NCBI GenBank assembly: GCA_032718475.1
Contig: JAUCBJ010002301.1
Span: forward strand, 1 to 33,216
DNA from: Nemertoderma westbladi
Taxonomy: Eukaryota; Animalia; Xenacoelomorpha
Length of the DNA: 33,216 bases
Reading direction: 5' to 3'
Within the stretch, counting starts at the first letter, position 1, and each line of letters opens with the position of its first letter. The position numbers and the translations under genes were made by a program. Shown one piece after another: positions 31,579 to 33,216 of the stretch. Below the pieces are notes generated by a model, which worked only from the letters and a program-made list of their open reading frames with translations, did no database searches and was not told the origin of the DNA.

Positions 31579-32160
31579 CTTCTTTCCGATCTGTCGGTCG
31601 TCTGGACCAACGTCCGGGGTTAGCAATTCCCGGACGTCGGACAGCCGATCCTGAATGTGGAAGGAGAGAAGATTGGAGGCCATGAGAGCGGCCCCAGTGC
31701 CGGCGTGTCCGTCGAAAATCGCGAAATAAGTAAACTGCAAGTCGGGAAGTTCGCATGGTTCATCTACGTCGATCTCGAGTGGGTCGGATGACGGGTCGTC
31801 GTACTCGGAATCGTGACTCCGTCGCCGCCCTCGGACTGTAAACAAGCCGGTCGCTGATTGGTCCTCATTCAACGACGATTTACCCGCGTTTATAACCTCA
31901 GAATATCCGGAACCCCAGGGAATCTTGCGGGCTTCGCGGGGGACGATAATCGGTCGCATCTGGTGGTCCGCGGAGACTTGGATCTCGTCGTCGGTAAGTC
32001 GCAGGAATGTCGGACGTCCGTATAGGAAACGGATTTCCTTTACGGCTCCTTCGGAACCTTCCGCTTTAGATTGGTCGTTGTTGTGAGGTAAAGCCGCTAT
32101 ACCACCCATTACCTTGGATACAGTCAACTTGAAACGAGGCAGCATTTCACTCATACTCAT
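31579..32160 (-). CDS. PPM1H: Protein phosphatase 1H-like, coding exon 1
   Basis: MLPRFKLTVSKVMGGI, RFLYGRPTFL...SADHQMRPI, PWGSGYSEVINAGKSSLNEDQ and IFDGHAG match the PPM1H N-terminal half. Donor AAG|GTAAAT at 31579/31578, phase 0; the spliced junction reads QIGKK|VTVESLVVGALE; 487 aa in total. The true start may be the Met at 32145. Confidence 0.93.
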
Positions 32161-33216
32161 ATCGAAATCATCTACCGATAGCTCTGTCTGTTGTATGCTG
32201 GTACAGCTGTACAGTGGTATGTCAGTCTGTCAGTACGTCTGCAGGCTGCGTGCTGCGATCGGTAAAAACAGAACAAAACAATCAATAGGCCTACAGCAAT
32301 ATAAACAAACTGCAAATGGAAAAGGCAAGATGGCAATTTACAGCATTTCTGCATTTAGTCCTACTGTCCTACCACCTACCCTACGGCTACGGCATACGGC
32401 GCTACGAGATAGGGCTTAACCGGTCTGCCGGTAGATTCAGAGATTCACTTCACAGACAGACAGATGAATGATGATCAGATGATTATGATACAGGCTGACA
32501 GGGACTGCACTCAGCACTCAGGACTGCTTCAGTCAGTCAGTAGGCCTAGTCCTGTCTGCCTGTAGTCCTTGCGTCCTTGGTTAATTTTAATCGTTATTCT
32601 GTACTGGTATCGGTCAGCCGGTACCGGTACATCAGTACTGCAGTACATATTACTGTATTATTGCAAACATTTTTTTGCAAGTTCAGAAGTTGTCTGGCAG
32701 CCTGTATGGAATCCATCCAAAAAATGCACCGGATAGTGCGCCGACAAATGTTTATGCGCGCCGCGCGCCGATGCAATTTCGAAGCAAACCCCGCGCCAAC
32801 AAAATTTTTAAGCGCGCCGCACATAGAAACAATTTTGAAGAGCGCCGCGCCAATGCAATTTCAATTTTGAAGGAGTGTAAACAGACTGCCAATGTCAGTA
32901 CAGTACTGCTGTATCTGTCAGCCTGTACAGCAGTACGGTCACGGTAACCATACAACAGAAATAAGAAACAGAGAAAGGCAGTGATTTTTTATGTCCTTTT
33001 ATTTGACTTTTTTTGTCCTCCATTTTTTACGAATTGTGCATAATGACTTTTGTTGTCCTTTTAATGACTTTTTAAGTATGTATTTCTTCAAACTGTCAGA
33101 CTGCTGATTTCTGGACTGTCAGACAGTTGATTTCAACATGCCTAATGCCAAAACATTCAAAATTTGTTGATTTCTGGTCTATCGGACAGTTGGTCCTTTT
33201 TCAGGTTTAATTATCT

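Overview
AT-rich eukaryotic (probably invertebrate animal) DNA, mostly repeats, with one host gene. Left to right: (1) a BEL/Pao LTR retrotransposon on the minus strand, whose uninterrupted gag-pol ORF (4839 to the window edge, at least 1613 codons) is missing from the ORF track, preceded by a long repeat- and hairpin-rich leader. (2) A three-layer nest: a decayed Crack/CR1-L2-group LINE (8708-15059) inserted into the first units of a 27-bp hairpin satellite and was itself split by a non-autonomous piggyBac-type element (12507-14040, TTAA TSD). A 31 x 30-bp minisatellite is in frame with the LINE endonuclease. (3) The main 27-bp satellite, about 310 copies (15060-23429), with higher-order duplications. 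(4) An 87-bp tandem array, an RTE-type LINE remnant and a tRNA-derived Nin/Deu-domain SINE. (5) A PPM1H-like PP2C phosphatase gene on the minus strand with two coding exons (487 aa); its intron holds a foldback MITE with a nested 167-bp hairpin. The long repetitive ORFs in the track are satellite translation artefacts. There is no CRISPR array. I found no clearly new biological system; the best leads are the satellite-LINE junction, the in-frame minisatellite and the hairpin satellite. Family assignments rest on recalled motifs, not database searches.
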